DNA from: Leucoraja erinacea
Taxonomy: Eukaryota
Direction of reading: 5' to 3'
NCBI RefSeq assembly: GCF_028641065.1
Contig: NC_073388.1
Coordinates: forward strand, 46,624,001-46,688,000
Length of the DNA: 64,000 bases
Shown here: piece after piece, positions 50,183-62,859 of the stretch
Layout of the letters: each line of letters opens with the position of its first letter
Position numbering within the stretch: position 1 is the stretch's first letter
Made by a program: the position numbers and the translations under genes
Notes under the pieces: model-generated
The model's input: the letters and a program-made list of their open reading frames with translations, nothing else
The model's database searches: none
What the model was told of the DNA's origin: nothing

Positions 50183-53100
50183 ATCTCCAATCAGTCTGAA
50201 GAAAGGTCCCAATATGACACATTGCCTATCCATTCTCTGGCCGGGTGCTGCTTGACCCACCAAATTACTCCGGCAATGTGTTTTGCCAGATTAACCGATT
50301 CTCAAAGTGCACAGGAAAGTTCCCTCCAGCTCTTTCAAAGCATTTATTTGGGCTACTGTGAATCCAAATGTAGGAGTATCCTTTGTTTTGATTTCTCTGT
50401 GGTCTAATGGTGTTACTCTCACCCGATCCTGAAACCATGGGTTAAAGGCGCACTGAAGATTTTTTTTTTCCATTAAAAGCCGAAGTACTGCTGCATCATT
50501 TATATGCGTCGGTAAATGCAAACAATCAAGTGACACTATTTTGATCATTTATTCACTGGGGTAAAGGTGAGAGCAATTTCTAAATATCTGGCCCCTTTTC
50601 CCTGCCCTACTGTAGCGATCCCACCATGGACAGTTCCAGCAATAGTCACGTTAAATATGTACATACATTACTCCACCATGCAGTCTGTTACATCTTCAGA
50701 GAAGCGAGATACAAAACTTTGTCCCAATATTTCAGTAAACAAATACAGACCCATCATTGATTTTCCAAGGTCTTCTGTTTAGCCGGACCAACAGAAGACA
50801 CGGTCTTGGCTCGCATGTGCCGTCTATGGGAACAGGCCTGCCGGCTCCAACTAGAGCCCTGGCCGTAGAATGCAAATTCAACCCGCCGATCAGTGCGGAA
50901 GTCCCGATGAGATAGAGATCGGCCGCCTCATTTACAGCGGAGCAACAGTTGCTGGAAAATTGGTGGTGGACCTGCACTTTCAAAGCAGGGATAGAAGTCC
51001 TTCTTCTCAAGCAATTCCTAATAAAGCTGGTTTGGGCTGCTAGTTACTATAGGTCAGATCATGCAACCCAGAGAAGCAAATAGCTCTCTCTTTGGTCCCA
51101 TTGGTGACTCAATGGCCTCAATTACAACTGAGCTAGAAGGCTGTGAAGTAATGTTACACTCAAAATAACGCCGCTTTTCATTTGTCTCATCAGCCAGGAA
51201 CAAATGATGAACACATTTATATATCAAGGTCTCATCTTCAAAAAAGGTCTAGGGAATGTCATAGGTCAGACTGAATGAAAGACTAAATGACATTCGCTGA
51301 AGGTTGACATAGAACAGCAATCAAACTTTTACAGAAAAGATCATAGTACGTAGTTCAAGGTAGCACAAACTCAGAAAGTACATAGAGACCAAAGACTGCA
51401 GATGCTGGAATCTTGAGCAAAATACAAAGTGCTAGAAGAAAGCAGGCTACGTTTAGTTTAGAGATACAGTGTGGAAACAGGCTCTTCAGCCCACCAAGTC
51501 TGCACTGACCAGAGATCCCCGTACTATCCTATATAGTAGGGACACTTTTAAAAAAAATTCTGAAGTCAATTACCCAACAAACCAGCATAGTTAGAGTTTG
51601 GGAGGAAACCCGAGTACCAAGAAAAAAAAAATGTGTCGCAGGGAGAACGTACAAACTCCGTGCAGACAGCAACCATAGTCAGGATTGAACCAGGGTCTCT
51701 GGTGCTGTAAGCCAACAACTCTACCGCTGCAGCACCAGGGATGGAATGGAGGCAACATTTTGGGTAGGGACTCCAATGCTGCCCAACCCACATAGTTCCT
51801 CCAGCACTTTGTGTCATGCTCACAAAATAGTTCAGATTTGTTCCTCCATGTTTGCCCACTATCTGTAAACTACTCAGCACTAATTTATAATAACAGGCAA
51901 AAGACTGCACATGTTTAACATGACAACAGGATTCAATTAATTTGCTTTATTCCCACATACTTCTTTCCTTTATCTTCCTTGATTGAACTTTCCAGACGTT
52001 TTCCTTGGCCAGTGAAAGGCCTGTCCTCTTTAACCCTCTCTCTTTCCAGTTTCTTTATTTTGTCCTTCGTTTTTTCCATGCCAGCATCATCTCCTTTTTC
52101 TGGCTTCTTCAGGAGCTACAAATCCATTGAGATATATTCCTGTTAGATATTTTGAAATTAATATTACACTTGTAGGAATTATGATGGTATTCTGTACCTT
52201 AATCTTTGGTTCATCCTTTGATCGATCCTTATCTTTATCAAATCCTTTCTCTACCATCATCTTCTTTTGCTTCTCTGCTTCTCTTCTTTTTCGCCTCTCA
52301 TCCTCCCTCCATTTTCTTCTTTCTTCTTCTCGGAGCCTCCTCTTTTCCAGCTCTCGTCTCCTCCTTTCTTCTCTTTTTTCCTCTCTTATTCTCTGGTAAG
52401 GGATAAGAGCAGCAAATTAAGAACATACTTAGAAAAAACACAAAACAGATTTTTCAAAAATTAAAGAAAGGTGCAAGTCTTTACCTGCTTAGTTTTTACA
52501 TAGTCCAGAAGAGGAGTTGTTTTCTTAGCTGTTAATTAAGGAAAGGTATCCATTTACATTAGTACAAAAACATCTGATTTCTATAAAATTGCAATGTAAA
52601 ACCTGTACACGACATTGGGGCCAAATTACTGCTAAGATCACAACTGCAACTGGTCACGAGTCAAGAGCATCATTGTAAATACTCCAAGATGCACAAAAAG
52701 CTGCCATCTCCACTGCTGTTCATGAGTGTTATGTTTAGTTCAATGAAACATTGAGGAAACAGGCCCTTTGGGCCACCAAGTCCACATTGACCTACAGTCA
52801 CCCATACATTGGGTCTATGTTATCTTAGTTTTGCATCCCACACACTAGAGGGAATTTACAGAAGACAATTAACCTACAAACCTGCACGTCTTTGGAATGT
52901 GGGAGGAAACCAGAACATCGGGAGTAAACCCATGCGGGTCACAGGGAGAATGTGCAAACTCTGTACAGACAGCACCCATAGTCTGGGTCGAACCCGGATC
53001 TCTGACCCTGTAAGGCAGCAACTCTTTGCCACAGTGCCAGCGTATATTTCTTAAGCACAATGAGGACGAGCTTGGAGAGGGTTGGGTGCTGATGATAGAC

Positions 53101-56100
53101 TGCAGCATGTAATCCTCTTACAATCATTCATTGCATTTAGGAAGAGCATATGTGTTTGATGTGCACTTCTCCAAAAATGATAACATTTAAACCCTTACAT
53201 CCCTGCGGAGTGGGACTACTGTGGAATAAATAAGTTTATTACCACAATACATCTATCATATGTAATACATCTGGGTGTGGTGGTGGCAGAGTATTTAAAT
53301 TACTTGGATTAGAAAACCAGAGGCCCGCACCAACAACCATATGTGTAGTTTCAAATCCTGCTATGGCAGCTGTTATTTAAATTTGGATAATAATCTGGAT
53401 ACTAAAGATACTAAAAGCACCCCAAATTTTTTGAACATTACAGTACGGGAAAAGCCCCTTGTGTCCACAATGTCCGTGTCAAACATGTTGGGAAATTAAA
53501 CACTGCCTGCACCTGGTCCATATTCCCTGCAAATCCGCATGCCTATCTAAAAGCTCCTTAAATGCCACTATTCAAAAGTTATAGGGGCAGCATTAGGCAA
53601 TTCGGCCCTAAGCCACTGTTGCATCTTCCTCCACCACCATCCCTTGCAACAGGCTCCGGGAACACACCACTCTAACTAAAAAAAAAATCTGCTCACACAT
53701 CTCCTTCAAATTTTGCTTTTATTCCTTAAACCCTGGCATTTTACATTTCAACTCTTGTAAATTTGTACACTTCTATCAGCACTCCCCTCCGCCTCCAACA
53801 ATTTGCAATAATTCACAGAAGTAACATTTCTGCAACTCTTTTTTAGTATAGGACATTTTTGAAACGGTCTCATTTACCTGCCAGCTCTTTTGTTTTAGCT
53901 TCAATTTCCTCTAGAAGCGTTTCAGGATTGTTGGCATTTTTCTCATCATCCATGTTATTATAACTCTCCAAAAACTTTTTATATTCGGGATCTAGGAAAT
54001 GGATACACATAAATGCGTAAACTTTAATAAATTCCAAAACCTACTCAACCAAGGATCAATACGGAAAGACATTCAATTAACTTCTTCCCTTTCAAATAAA
54101 ATTATCTGCCCAATCTCCCTTATCAAAAACAACAGAAACTTTTATTTAGGTCATAAGCTTCAGCTGTTTGGACAATAGGATCATTCAAAACAGTCTGGGA
54201 ATCATATGCTGAACTTAAATCCCTGAAGCCATAGGTGGTCTCAGTTCTTATCCAAATCCCCACCTGAAACCAAATTTATTGCAAATCAGTTAGGTGCCGA
54301 TGTTTCCAAACAAAAAGTAGCCAGATGAGTGTTTAGCCAATATGCCCTCCTTCAAGTAACGGCAGTACAGGTGCACAACCTTTTATCCGAAGTTCCAAAT
54401 AACGAAAAGCTCCGAATAGCGGACATTTTTTCGGTCCTTGAAGAAAGGTCCTTGAAGACGTTCACCGAGGGCGGCCCGCAGAGGTGACAGCGGAACCTCC
54501 GGTCGGTCCTCGAAGAAAGGGGAACTAAATCCCCATTCATAAAAGAGAAGGTGAGGGTATATTGCGCGGGAGGGTTAATAATTGACAATCTGCTGCTACC
54601 TGCCCGCTGAGTTAAAAAGTTCCCACGGTAGACTCACGATACACAATGTATCATGAGTCTTACGTGGGAACTTTTTAACTCAGCGGGCAGGCAGCAGCAA
54701 ATTGTCGCTCCCTTCAGTTTCACCCCACCTACACCCCTCTGCTTCCCGGCCATGTGTGTGACCCCTTCCCTCCCCTCTCCAGCTCCCCGCCCATTGCACC
54801 GGCGCAGGGGCTTTGCACTGTCTTCACGTTGGAGCCAGTGCCAGTCACCGGAGACGTCAGGACCAACGGGACACCGGCCCCCAGGCCCACTGCAAGCACG
54901 GAGATCCCAGAGACCCGCAGCCAGCAGCAGCCCAGCCCCGTTCTAATTCCAGAGGAACACGCTCCCCGTAGGGACAGAAGCTGATGGTGTGCAAGGTACG
55001 TCTTGGTCTTGGGGTTGCGGATGAGGCAGCGCAGCTCGGGCTGTGACGTCTCCGGCCACCCCCTGTACAGGAGCTGAGACTGGGAACTGTGGGGTTGTTT
55101 GCAGTTGCAGAGGGAGGGGGCAAGGGCGGTACAGTTCCCAGTCTCAGCTCCTGTCCAGTGGGGTGACCAGAGGCGTCAGGACCAACGGGACACCGACTGC
55201 AAGCACGGAGATCCCAGAGACTCACAGCCAGCAGCAACTCAAGCCCAGCCCCGCTCCAACTCCAGAGGAACCCAGGTTGCGGATGAAGGGGCGCAGCTCG
55301 GGCTGTGGGCGAACTGCCACTTGTCGCTGTAGCGGCGCATCGGGGAGCGGGTTCTTGTTGGTCCTGACGTCTCCGGCCACCCCCCTGGACAGGAGCTGAG
55401 AGACGTCAGGACCACCAGAAGCCGCTCCCCGATGCGCCGCTACAGCGACAAGTGGCAGTTCGCCCACAGCCCGAGCTGCGCCCCCTCATCGGGACACCAA
55501 CCCCCAGGCCCACTGCAAGCACGGAGATCCCAGAGACTCACAGCCAGCAACAACTCTAGCCCAGCCCCGCTCCAACTCCAGAGGAACCCGGGTTGCGGAT
55601 GAGGGGGCGCAGCTCGGGCTGTGGGCGAACTGCCACTTGTCGCTGTAGCGGCCCATCGGGCAGCGGATTCCTCTGGAGTTGGAGGGACAGGGAGACACAG
55701 CGGCTTTTGAGAATGGTGGGCAATCACTTCCAAAGATCTGCCCACAGTCAGTACACCTCTCCTACACTTGTCTCCCGCACTAAGATCATCTCGCAGAGAA
55801 TGATCCCAGCCTAACCCTCCCTATTCTCTCCTATTCTGCAAGAAAAAACTACATTGAAGACTCAAACTCGCGATCGAGTAACTGCCGGGATCGAGGCGCA
55901 AACTCGCGATCTTGCGGATATGAGCCGAGCACTCTACCACTGAGCCAGCCGTTAAAATCTATGCTAAAAATCTTCCATTCTGAAAGCCGAAAAATTCTGA
56001 ATTACGAAAAGTGTCTGGTCCCAAGGCTTTCGGATAAAAGGTTGTGCACCTGTACTACAGGATCAACCACAGAATGTTGCCCGTTCTACCCTAATCTCTA

Positions 56101-59100
56101 AAGCATGGTGCTAAAATACATAATTGAAGTTGCCTGGCTGAAAGAAAACAGAAATAAATAACTGTAATTAATAACTGCATGGAAAAATGTCACTAAGTTG
56201 CAGGGTTAGAACCAGAAAACCGCACTTGCCACCTAGATAGTTTGCTTCAAAGGTAGATTAAAGAGCAACAAATACATAATTTGCCAATTGAAAGAACACA
56301 AAGATTACCCAAATTAAAATTGCAGATGGTGGAAATCTGAAAATGTTGGAATAATTAAAGGGCCAAGTTACATCTCTGGAGAAAAACAGAATTAACATGT
56401 CTATGCTTCTTAATCTGTTGAAAATATGTCATGGTTTCATCAGAAATAAACAGCATAGAGCTGGAACATTTCTTATCTCTCCCCCCCCCCCCCCCCCCCC
56501 CCCTCCTTCATACTTCCCCCGACTTCACAGCTTCCATCTATATCTCACACCACGTGTCTTTTCATCCTTGGTCTTTGCCCAATCATCTGTTAAGAAAAAC
56601 GCCCTCCCCCCCTCCTTCCCCAAACCTGTATCCATCACTTGGCAGGCTTGGTCCTTCTCCACCCTCCAACCACACCCCCCATGCAATGGATTGAAAGCAC
56701 AAGCATTATTTGCCATTTTTCTTTAAACCACAAACCGCTTGATAAAACACCTTCCCACTCAGAACCCCCAAAGCCCATCTTCTAGCTGGCAAGGAAACAC
56801 ATGCATTTCTACAGAGCCTTTTAGAATGACTTTCAGCACTCTGGAAACAGTCACATTTTTGACGTATTCACTTCTATAATGCAATAAATGGAGTAGCTTC
56901 ATCCACACATCACTATTAAACTGCTGTTTTTGCTCAGATAATCAGTTTTAGACTATATTTGGTGTAATCTGGGTGGTTTAGTTTTAGCTTAATTTGGAAA
57001 TGCAGCACGTAAATAGGCCCTTCAGCGCACTCCAACCATTGATTACCCATTCACACTAGCTATATGTACTTCCACGTTCTCATTCACTCCCTCTAGGGAG
57101 AATTCTGAATCAGCAATTGTAGTCACAAAATATTTGATTGGGTTAAAACCAGATGGGTTTAGCATTAATGTCCTCACTTGTCATGGGCTGCTTTAAATTT
57201 CAGACCTACATGGGTGGTCGACTCTTAATTGCTGTCATTATAAAGGGCAACAAGGATGGTCAATAAATGTTGGTCTAGCTAGCAAAGCCCACAGTTTGCA
57301 AATTATTGTATCGTTTGGCAATGTGAAGAAATATCAGCTAAGACAGTAGGGGCTGTTCACATTGGCTCCAAGGAACACCTTGAGACTGCCAGCGATAGCA
57401 AACGAGTCTATTCCAAAGATTTTACTTCAGTACTGCAATGGAGCTTCATGTAGTATATCAACTTATAACTGGAGTGGGTACAACAGGAATAACCAAGGCT
57501 GATTTACACTCAACCACAGTGCTGCAGTAACTCAGTGGATTAGGCAGCACCTCTGGACATGGATAGGCAACTTCAGATAAGAATTCTTCATAGTCTGAAG
57601 AAGGACCCCACTCCAAAGCATCGCCAATCCAAGTCCTCCAGAGATGCTGCCTGACCCGCTGAGTTACTGCAGCAGAGTTCTGTGCAAGATTACAGCATAT
57701 ACTGTTCTTGTATCTCTACAATTTACACCTTATACATCTACCAGAAAGTTGTAAAAGCCAAACAAAACAGAAGACGACAAAATGTGTTTATAATATTGAC
57801 ACTATAGAAATAAAGCAGGTGTTCCATACCATCACTAAAGTGCAAACTGTCTGTATTTTCTTCAATAGTTCCTGCTTTTGCATCTTTTTTCTTGCTTTTC
57901 TTTTTTGGAATTTTCTGAAATGGAGCAAATTCTACAATAGCAGGGAATTCCTGACCTAGTGGCAGGAAAAAGAAAACGCATGTAAGATACCTGTAAAAGG
58001 TTAAACTATTAAGATATTCAATTTAATATTACATTTTCAGCAAAATATAAATTAAATATGGGTGAAGCATAACAATTAGGATGGAGCTGGAACAACTTGT
58101 TCAGAAATCAATTTTTGATTTAGATCAAACAAACATTCTTGACAACTAAAATATAAGCATAGCTTAATTTGGAATATTTTGAATTATTCCCTATTCAAAG
58201 CCAGGAAGTATATCAAAAGATTATTATATTTAAAATTTCCCCATGTTTATTTCCAAATAAACAATTATTTCAATGTAATACAACTTTTCTTAAGCGTGTC
58301 TTACAAAGAGAAGCTTTCCAAAGTGAAATAATTGTTTTCAAAAGTACATTATTATATGATTACACCTAAGAAGGGAGAGGTAAAAATGATATTTACCATA
58401 TTAATATTGAAAGAGAAATAATCATTCAATAATTTTGAGAATGCACAATGGCAAATGATTTAACGGGTGCTTTCCACAAAAGCTTTTCACTGTGACAATA
58501 CATGACAATAAACTGAACTGAAACTGGATGCAAATTGCAGAAAGCAAATGAGGCGTTATCAAGAATAGTTAAAAGAACTGTACCTTTGCTATCAATGAAA
58601 ACATAGCCATCAAATTGATCCCTGAAGAGAACAATATCTTCTTGGTTTTTGAAATTGATGTATGCTCTAGAAAATATGTGAGGAAACAAACTGTAGAGGG
58701 AAAAGAGACAAGTTTAATGCAATAAATAATTTGAAACGGTGAATTAGTTCCGAATTGTTTTTGCAGCTTTAACAGTTAATATCTTAATCTGAGTGAGTTC
58801 GATTTTAACTCATCCAAAATTTCCAATAATACAAAGCCAAAGAACAGTGTGGGTTTGCGAGGAAGGGACACAGAGGCATCATGAGGTTATAGATAAATTA
58901 AGTGAACAAAGTGGGATATATGGTGGGAAAGAAGCAAAATCATGCATTTCTTCAAAAAGGCTGGAGTATTTGAAGTATGGCGAGATATGAAGCAGATTCG
59001 GCCTGTAGAGTTGGGAAGAATGCGAGGTGATCTCAGTGAAATATATAAAATTTTAATTAGGCTCGACATGGTAGCCGATGTTTTCCCATGTCTAGAACCA

Positions 59101-62100
59101 GAGGTCAGTGTCTTGAAACAAGGTATTGGCCAATCAGAACAGGCAAGATATTTCTTCACTCACAATGCAGTGAATCTGTGAAAATCCATACCAAGGCTGT
59201 GGAGACTCAGTCACCAAGTATATCCACAGCAAATCAATTGAATTTTAGATATTAAGGTGATCAAAGGTTATGGGAATTAGTGCAGGAAAGTGGTGCATGA
59301 ATTTATTGATTGATACAGAAGACATTGGGCCAATCAGCCTACTCTTACTTCTTTCATCTTATGTTACAAAGTCATTCATCAACATTTACGACTTCAACAA
59401 TCTGTACAGCAGAAACATCTCTCTCCTTGTAGCCAGTCTAATTTTATACATTCATAATTCAGAAATACATCAAGTCAGGCTTATTGTCATATGTACAAGC
59501 ACAATTCAGCTCTGACTCAAGCAGAAATAAGCATTTCAAGATTAAACATAAAAGGCAGTTATTCAGATTGCTGCTTTGCCATCTAAAAATAAATTGCTGG
59601 AATTTCCAAAATGGGCCAGTCAAATGATTCAAATTACACTCCATCAAATAAGTACTTACATTAACCCCAATCATGGAGACAATCAAAAAGACAACCCTGT
59701 AATGGCTATTCATAAACCAAGTTGATTATTGTCAAAGTTCTGTATTTCTGTTCAAAGCACTATCCTAATTTAGAAATGCATGTGCTGTCCACTGAAAGCA
59801 TAGAAAATAGCGATCACTATTGGACGGTACGTGATTCAATTATCAGCATGTTTTACTTTCAGATGTATTTACATATGATTGCAGTTGGGATCAGTCTGAG
59901 ATGGATACAGGAATCTGAAATATTTCATTCTAGTTAAATGCAGATTTAACATCAAACTCAGGGTTCGAAGACCCCTAAGCTGCTCTGCAGTCCGCCAGGC
60001 TTACAATTAATGCACATTTTAACTGTTCCGTTGCATAGTTAAATTCTCAAGATTTTACCACAGGTCGTCAGGAAGGAAAAAAAAACTGCAGGTGCTAAAA
60101 GTCTAAAATAAGAAAAGGAAATATGGAAGATACTCAGTAGGTCAGGATAGATGTATGGAAATTAAGTGAGAGTTAGTTGAATAAAAGGCGAGCATTTCTG
60201 GTTCTTATTACTCTAGCTGATGAAGCCTGTCAACATATAATATTTTAATGAAAAATAAAGAGCAATGCCAGTGCTAAGGCAGTCTATTTTTTGTAAAGTT
60301 TGATACAATTCTGCTATACCAAATACTCACCTTGAATTAGTAGAAAAAAACTCAAAGTAATCATGCTCAGGTAATGGGGAAAGTTGTTCCTCCAATTGGT
60401 CTTTCGTCAAACTAGGAGGTAGACGGCGAATCACCACCTAAATAAAGTAAAAATTAAAATCAGTTATTAACTCACATTAATGGTTGTTAGAACAATTTAT
60501 AATAGGTTTAAATTGTGGAATAGACCACAAATCAGATATCCATTGTGCCGATCAATTTTTAAGCAATGGTATCTGTCGATCACAAAACCAAGCATTCCAA
60601 CTGCAGGTTTTACAACGGATGATCTGAAGACCTTGCTTCAATAGGGGATAGTCAGTGGATCACTCAAATACAATTCTTTGGTGACAGAAAAGTTATTCAG
60701 AGTTACCAGTTAAAAATGTAACAACTCCCTTAAAAATTATGTTTTTAGTTTAAACATCAAATACTAACAATATTGTGAGATTACTATAGGTCAAATGTAA
60801 AGCACGTAGATTTCATGATGACAACAAGTAAAGATTAATTCAATTTTAGGAGGCTCTTGTTGACATACAAAATATGTTTCACGTATTAATGAGTTTAAAT
60901 GAATCCAGGCTTCCTGAAATCAAAGTGTAGAAACAAGGAACTGCAGATAATGGTTAATACACAGAAGGACACAATGTGCTGGAGTAACTCAGCAGGTCAG
61001 GTTTAGGCAGCATCTCTGGAGAACGTGGATCTGGAGAACACAAATCTGTGTTCAGCATATCATATCACATATCAGCAGCATAACTTCAGTGTTGATAATA
61101 GTTTTAATTAACAAAGCTCAATGTGCAATTAATGAATAGTGGGACACAGTGCCACAAAATAAGACACTTACATTTTACTGCATGGGATAAATTCCCAGCC
61201 ATATAATTATACAATTCAGTGTAACCATGGCTAACAGATGGCTACAAGAGCCTAGGGAGCAGTGCAGGTCCCCAGCTGTTCACAAGATATGTCAGTGACA
61301 TATTTAAATTTGAAGATGGCACAAAGCTGGGGTGTTTGGGGAAGGGATAAATGAGTTGAGTGGAGGATGCAAAGAGATTCCAAACTGATTTAGCCAAGTT
61401 GGGCAGGTGGACAAATGCATGGCAGGTACAGTTTACAGTGGGTATAACAGAGGACATCCAGTTTTGTTCAAGAAACAGAAAGGCAATGTTGGGAAAATGG
61501 AAGATTTCATGAGAACAGGACGTCCTCGTATACCAGTCGCTAAGAACAAGTATAGTGATAAGCACAAAAAGCTGGAGTAATTCAGCGGGACAAACAGCAT
61601 CTCTGGAGAAAAGGAATGGGTGATGTTTCAGGTCGAGATGCGGTGAACAGTTAGGGTGGCAAATAGGGAGCTAAATTTCATTGTAAGATGATTGAGTAGA
61701 AGAGGAAGAATGTTTTGCTGCATCTGTACAGGGACTTCAACTGCAGATGTACATGCATTTTAGGTCGTCTCATCTGGGCGAGCAACAAATCTTTATATGA
61801 CTGATTCCTCAGATGGCGGTGCTTAACTGGGTAAGTTAGATGTATATTCACTGGAGTGGAGAATAAAAGATAGAGGTTCTCACAGACCTAAAATTTCCAA
61901 TAGACACGACAGGGAGAACAAGGGGACACAACCTCAGGATAGAGGGTATGCCAAAAGAATCAAGATTAGGAGAATTTTTTTCACTCAAAGATGTGAATCA
62001 GTGGAATTCTGCATCCAGGAGTGAAAATCAAGTTATTAAATACAAACTTGATGGAGATAAATATATTTCTTAACACACAGAGATCAAGAGATATGGTAAG

Positions 62101-62859
62101 AAAGCAGAATACTGAAGTGGACGTTTAGTCTTGATCATGTTGAATGGCAGAGCAGCATAAAGTGCTGAAAGGCCTCATCCTGCCCCAGTTATTTATTGTC
62201 ATTGTAACATGGGCCATGTATAAAATGTCGAAATTTAAAATGTCGAAATATATAGATTTAGATGAGGGAATTAAATGTGACATCTCCATGTTTGCAGATG
62301 ACAAAGCTGGGTGGCAGTGTGAGCTGCAATGAAGATGCTTTGAGGCTGCAGGGTGACTTGGATAGGTTGGGCGAGTGGGCAGATGCAGTATAACGATGCT
62401 GTCAGATTAGGAAAAAGGGAGGTGCAACGAGACCTCGGTGTGCTTATACATTAGTTACTTAAAGTTAGCATGCAGGTACAGCAGGCAGTGAAGAAAGCCA
62501 TTGGCCTTCATTGTTGAGGATTTGAGTTCAGGGGCCAAAGACTGGACAGTCTGAAGAAGGGTTTCGGCCCGAAACGTTACCTATCTCCTTCGCTCCATAG
62601 CTGCTGCTGCACCCGCTGAGTTTCTCCAACATTTTTGTGTACCTGTGCGTGTGTGGGTGGAGGGTGCCCGTGAAAGTAGCCCTCGGCAGTTGAATGGACT
62701 TTGCAACCTGAACCCGTCTGTTGCACCGAGGCCTGTTGCTTCACAAACCTTGGTCAAAGCCTCTCTCTTTTCCTTCTTCTCGGTTCTCTCTGCCCGCTCC
62801 TCGTACTTGACCTCGGCTTTCTTCTCCCTAGGTTTGGTGTTTTCCTTATCCTCCTTCAT
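43283..62859 (-). CDS. UPF3B: Regulator of nonsense transcripts 3B, whole gene: 10 coding exons, 1428 nt, 475 aa
   Basis: Exons spliced by hand with GT-AG boundaries and consistent phases; RRM-like KVVIRRLPP...RAYINFKNQEDIVLFRDQFDGYVFID, and EJC-binding motif RIRNKDRPTMQLYQPGARSR. Confidence 0.96.
46183..46486 (-). CDS. UPF3B: UPF3B exon 9 (FEDDGGRDYRE...KKERIRNK)
   Basis: 304 nt, CAG| and |GTACAC. Confidence 0.93.
47154..47880 (-). mobile_element. Penelope-like GIY-YIG 3' fragment with internal inversion, nested in Tc1
   Basis: 14-bp TSD CTGGTGAGCTTACT (47140-47153, 47881-47894); 47650-47880 inverts 47190-47455. Confidence 0.85.
47254..47281 (-). ncRNA. Hammerhead core in a Penelope pLTR, sense to UPF3B intron 8
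   Basis: CTGAAGAAGGGTCTCGATCCGAAACGTC on minus strand. Confidence 0.6.
48952..49094 (-). mobile_element. HDV-ribozyme-headed SINE-like element, copy 2, inserted at the Tc1 right terminus
   Basis: TSD AGGGCACTGTAT at 48940-48951 and 49096-49107; same body and (GAA)n tail as copy 1. Confidence 0.72.
49706..50290 (+). mobile_element. Old Penelope-like 3' fragment
   Basis: KLEGQHLIFRLGSLQPNGMN followed by decayed pLTR. Confidence 0.7.
51961..52115 (-). CDS. UPF3B: UPF3B exon 8 (LLKKPEKGDD...EDKGK)
   Basis: 155 nt, TAG| and |GTATGT. Confidence 0.93.
52198..52392 (-). CDS. UPF3B: UPF3B exon 7 (RIREEKREERRRRELEK...DEPKIK)
   Basis: 195 nt, CAG| and |GTACAG. Confidence 0.93.
52485..52528 (-). CDS. 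UPF3B: UPF3B exon 6 (AKKTTPLLDYVKTKQ)
   Basis: 44 nt, CAG| and |GTAAAG. Confidence 0.95.
53878..53991 (-). CDS. UPF3B: UPF3B exon 5 (DPEYKKFLESYNNMDDEKNANNPETLLEEIEAKTKELA)
   Basis: 114 nt, TAG| and |GTAAAT. Confidence 0.95.
54368..56052. mobile_element. Non-autonomous Tc1/mariner-superfamily element, copy B, in UPF3B intron 4
   Basis: Same TIRs and TA TSD; 1685 bp with GC-rich internal repeats, hairpin and tRNA-like cargo. Confidence 0.88.
57830..57955 (-). CDS. UPF3B: UPF3B exon 4 (GQEFPAIVEFAPFQKIPKKKSKKKDAKAGTIEE-NTDSLHFSD), 27 nt longer than expected
   Basis: TAG| acceptor; first phase-1 GT donor after GTIEE is G|GTATGG at 57829. Confidence 0.8.
58584..58690 (-). CDS. UPF3B: UPF3B exon 3 (LFPHIFSRAYINFKNQEDIVLFRDQFDGYVFIDSK)
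   Basis: 107 nt, CAG| and |GTACAG. Confidence 0.95.
60331..60437 (-). CDS. UPF3B: UPF3B exon 2 (VVIRRLPPSLTKDQLEEQLSPLPEHDYFEFFSTNS)
   Basis: 107 nt, TAG| and |GTGAGT. Confidence 0.95.
61240..62530 (+). mobile_element. Degenerate CR1 fragments in UPF3B intron 1 (similar decayed CR1 at ~27740-28870, 43540-45640, 58840-59360)
   Basis: Remnants of KCDISMFADD, QGDLDRLGEWAD, RTRGHNLRI. Confidence 0.65.
62551..62578 (+). ncRNA. Hammerhead core in a pLTR fragment, antisense in UPF3B intron 1
   Basis: CTGAAGAAGGGTTTCGGCCCGAAACGTT. Confidence 0.55.
62749..62859 (-). CDS. UPF3B: UPF3B exon 1 (MKEDKENTKPREKK...EALTK)
   Basis: ATG at 62859, donor AAG|GTTTGT. Confidence 0.9.

Noticed and set aside
52116-52197. 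Equivalent of the human 39-nt alternative UPF3B segment (VHRFLLQAVNQKN)
   Set aside because: The 82-nt intron shows no matching peptide and is too short for a cassette exon; retention would shift frame
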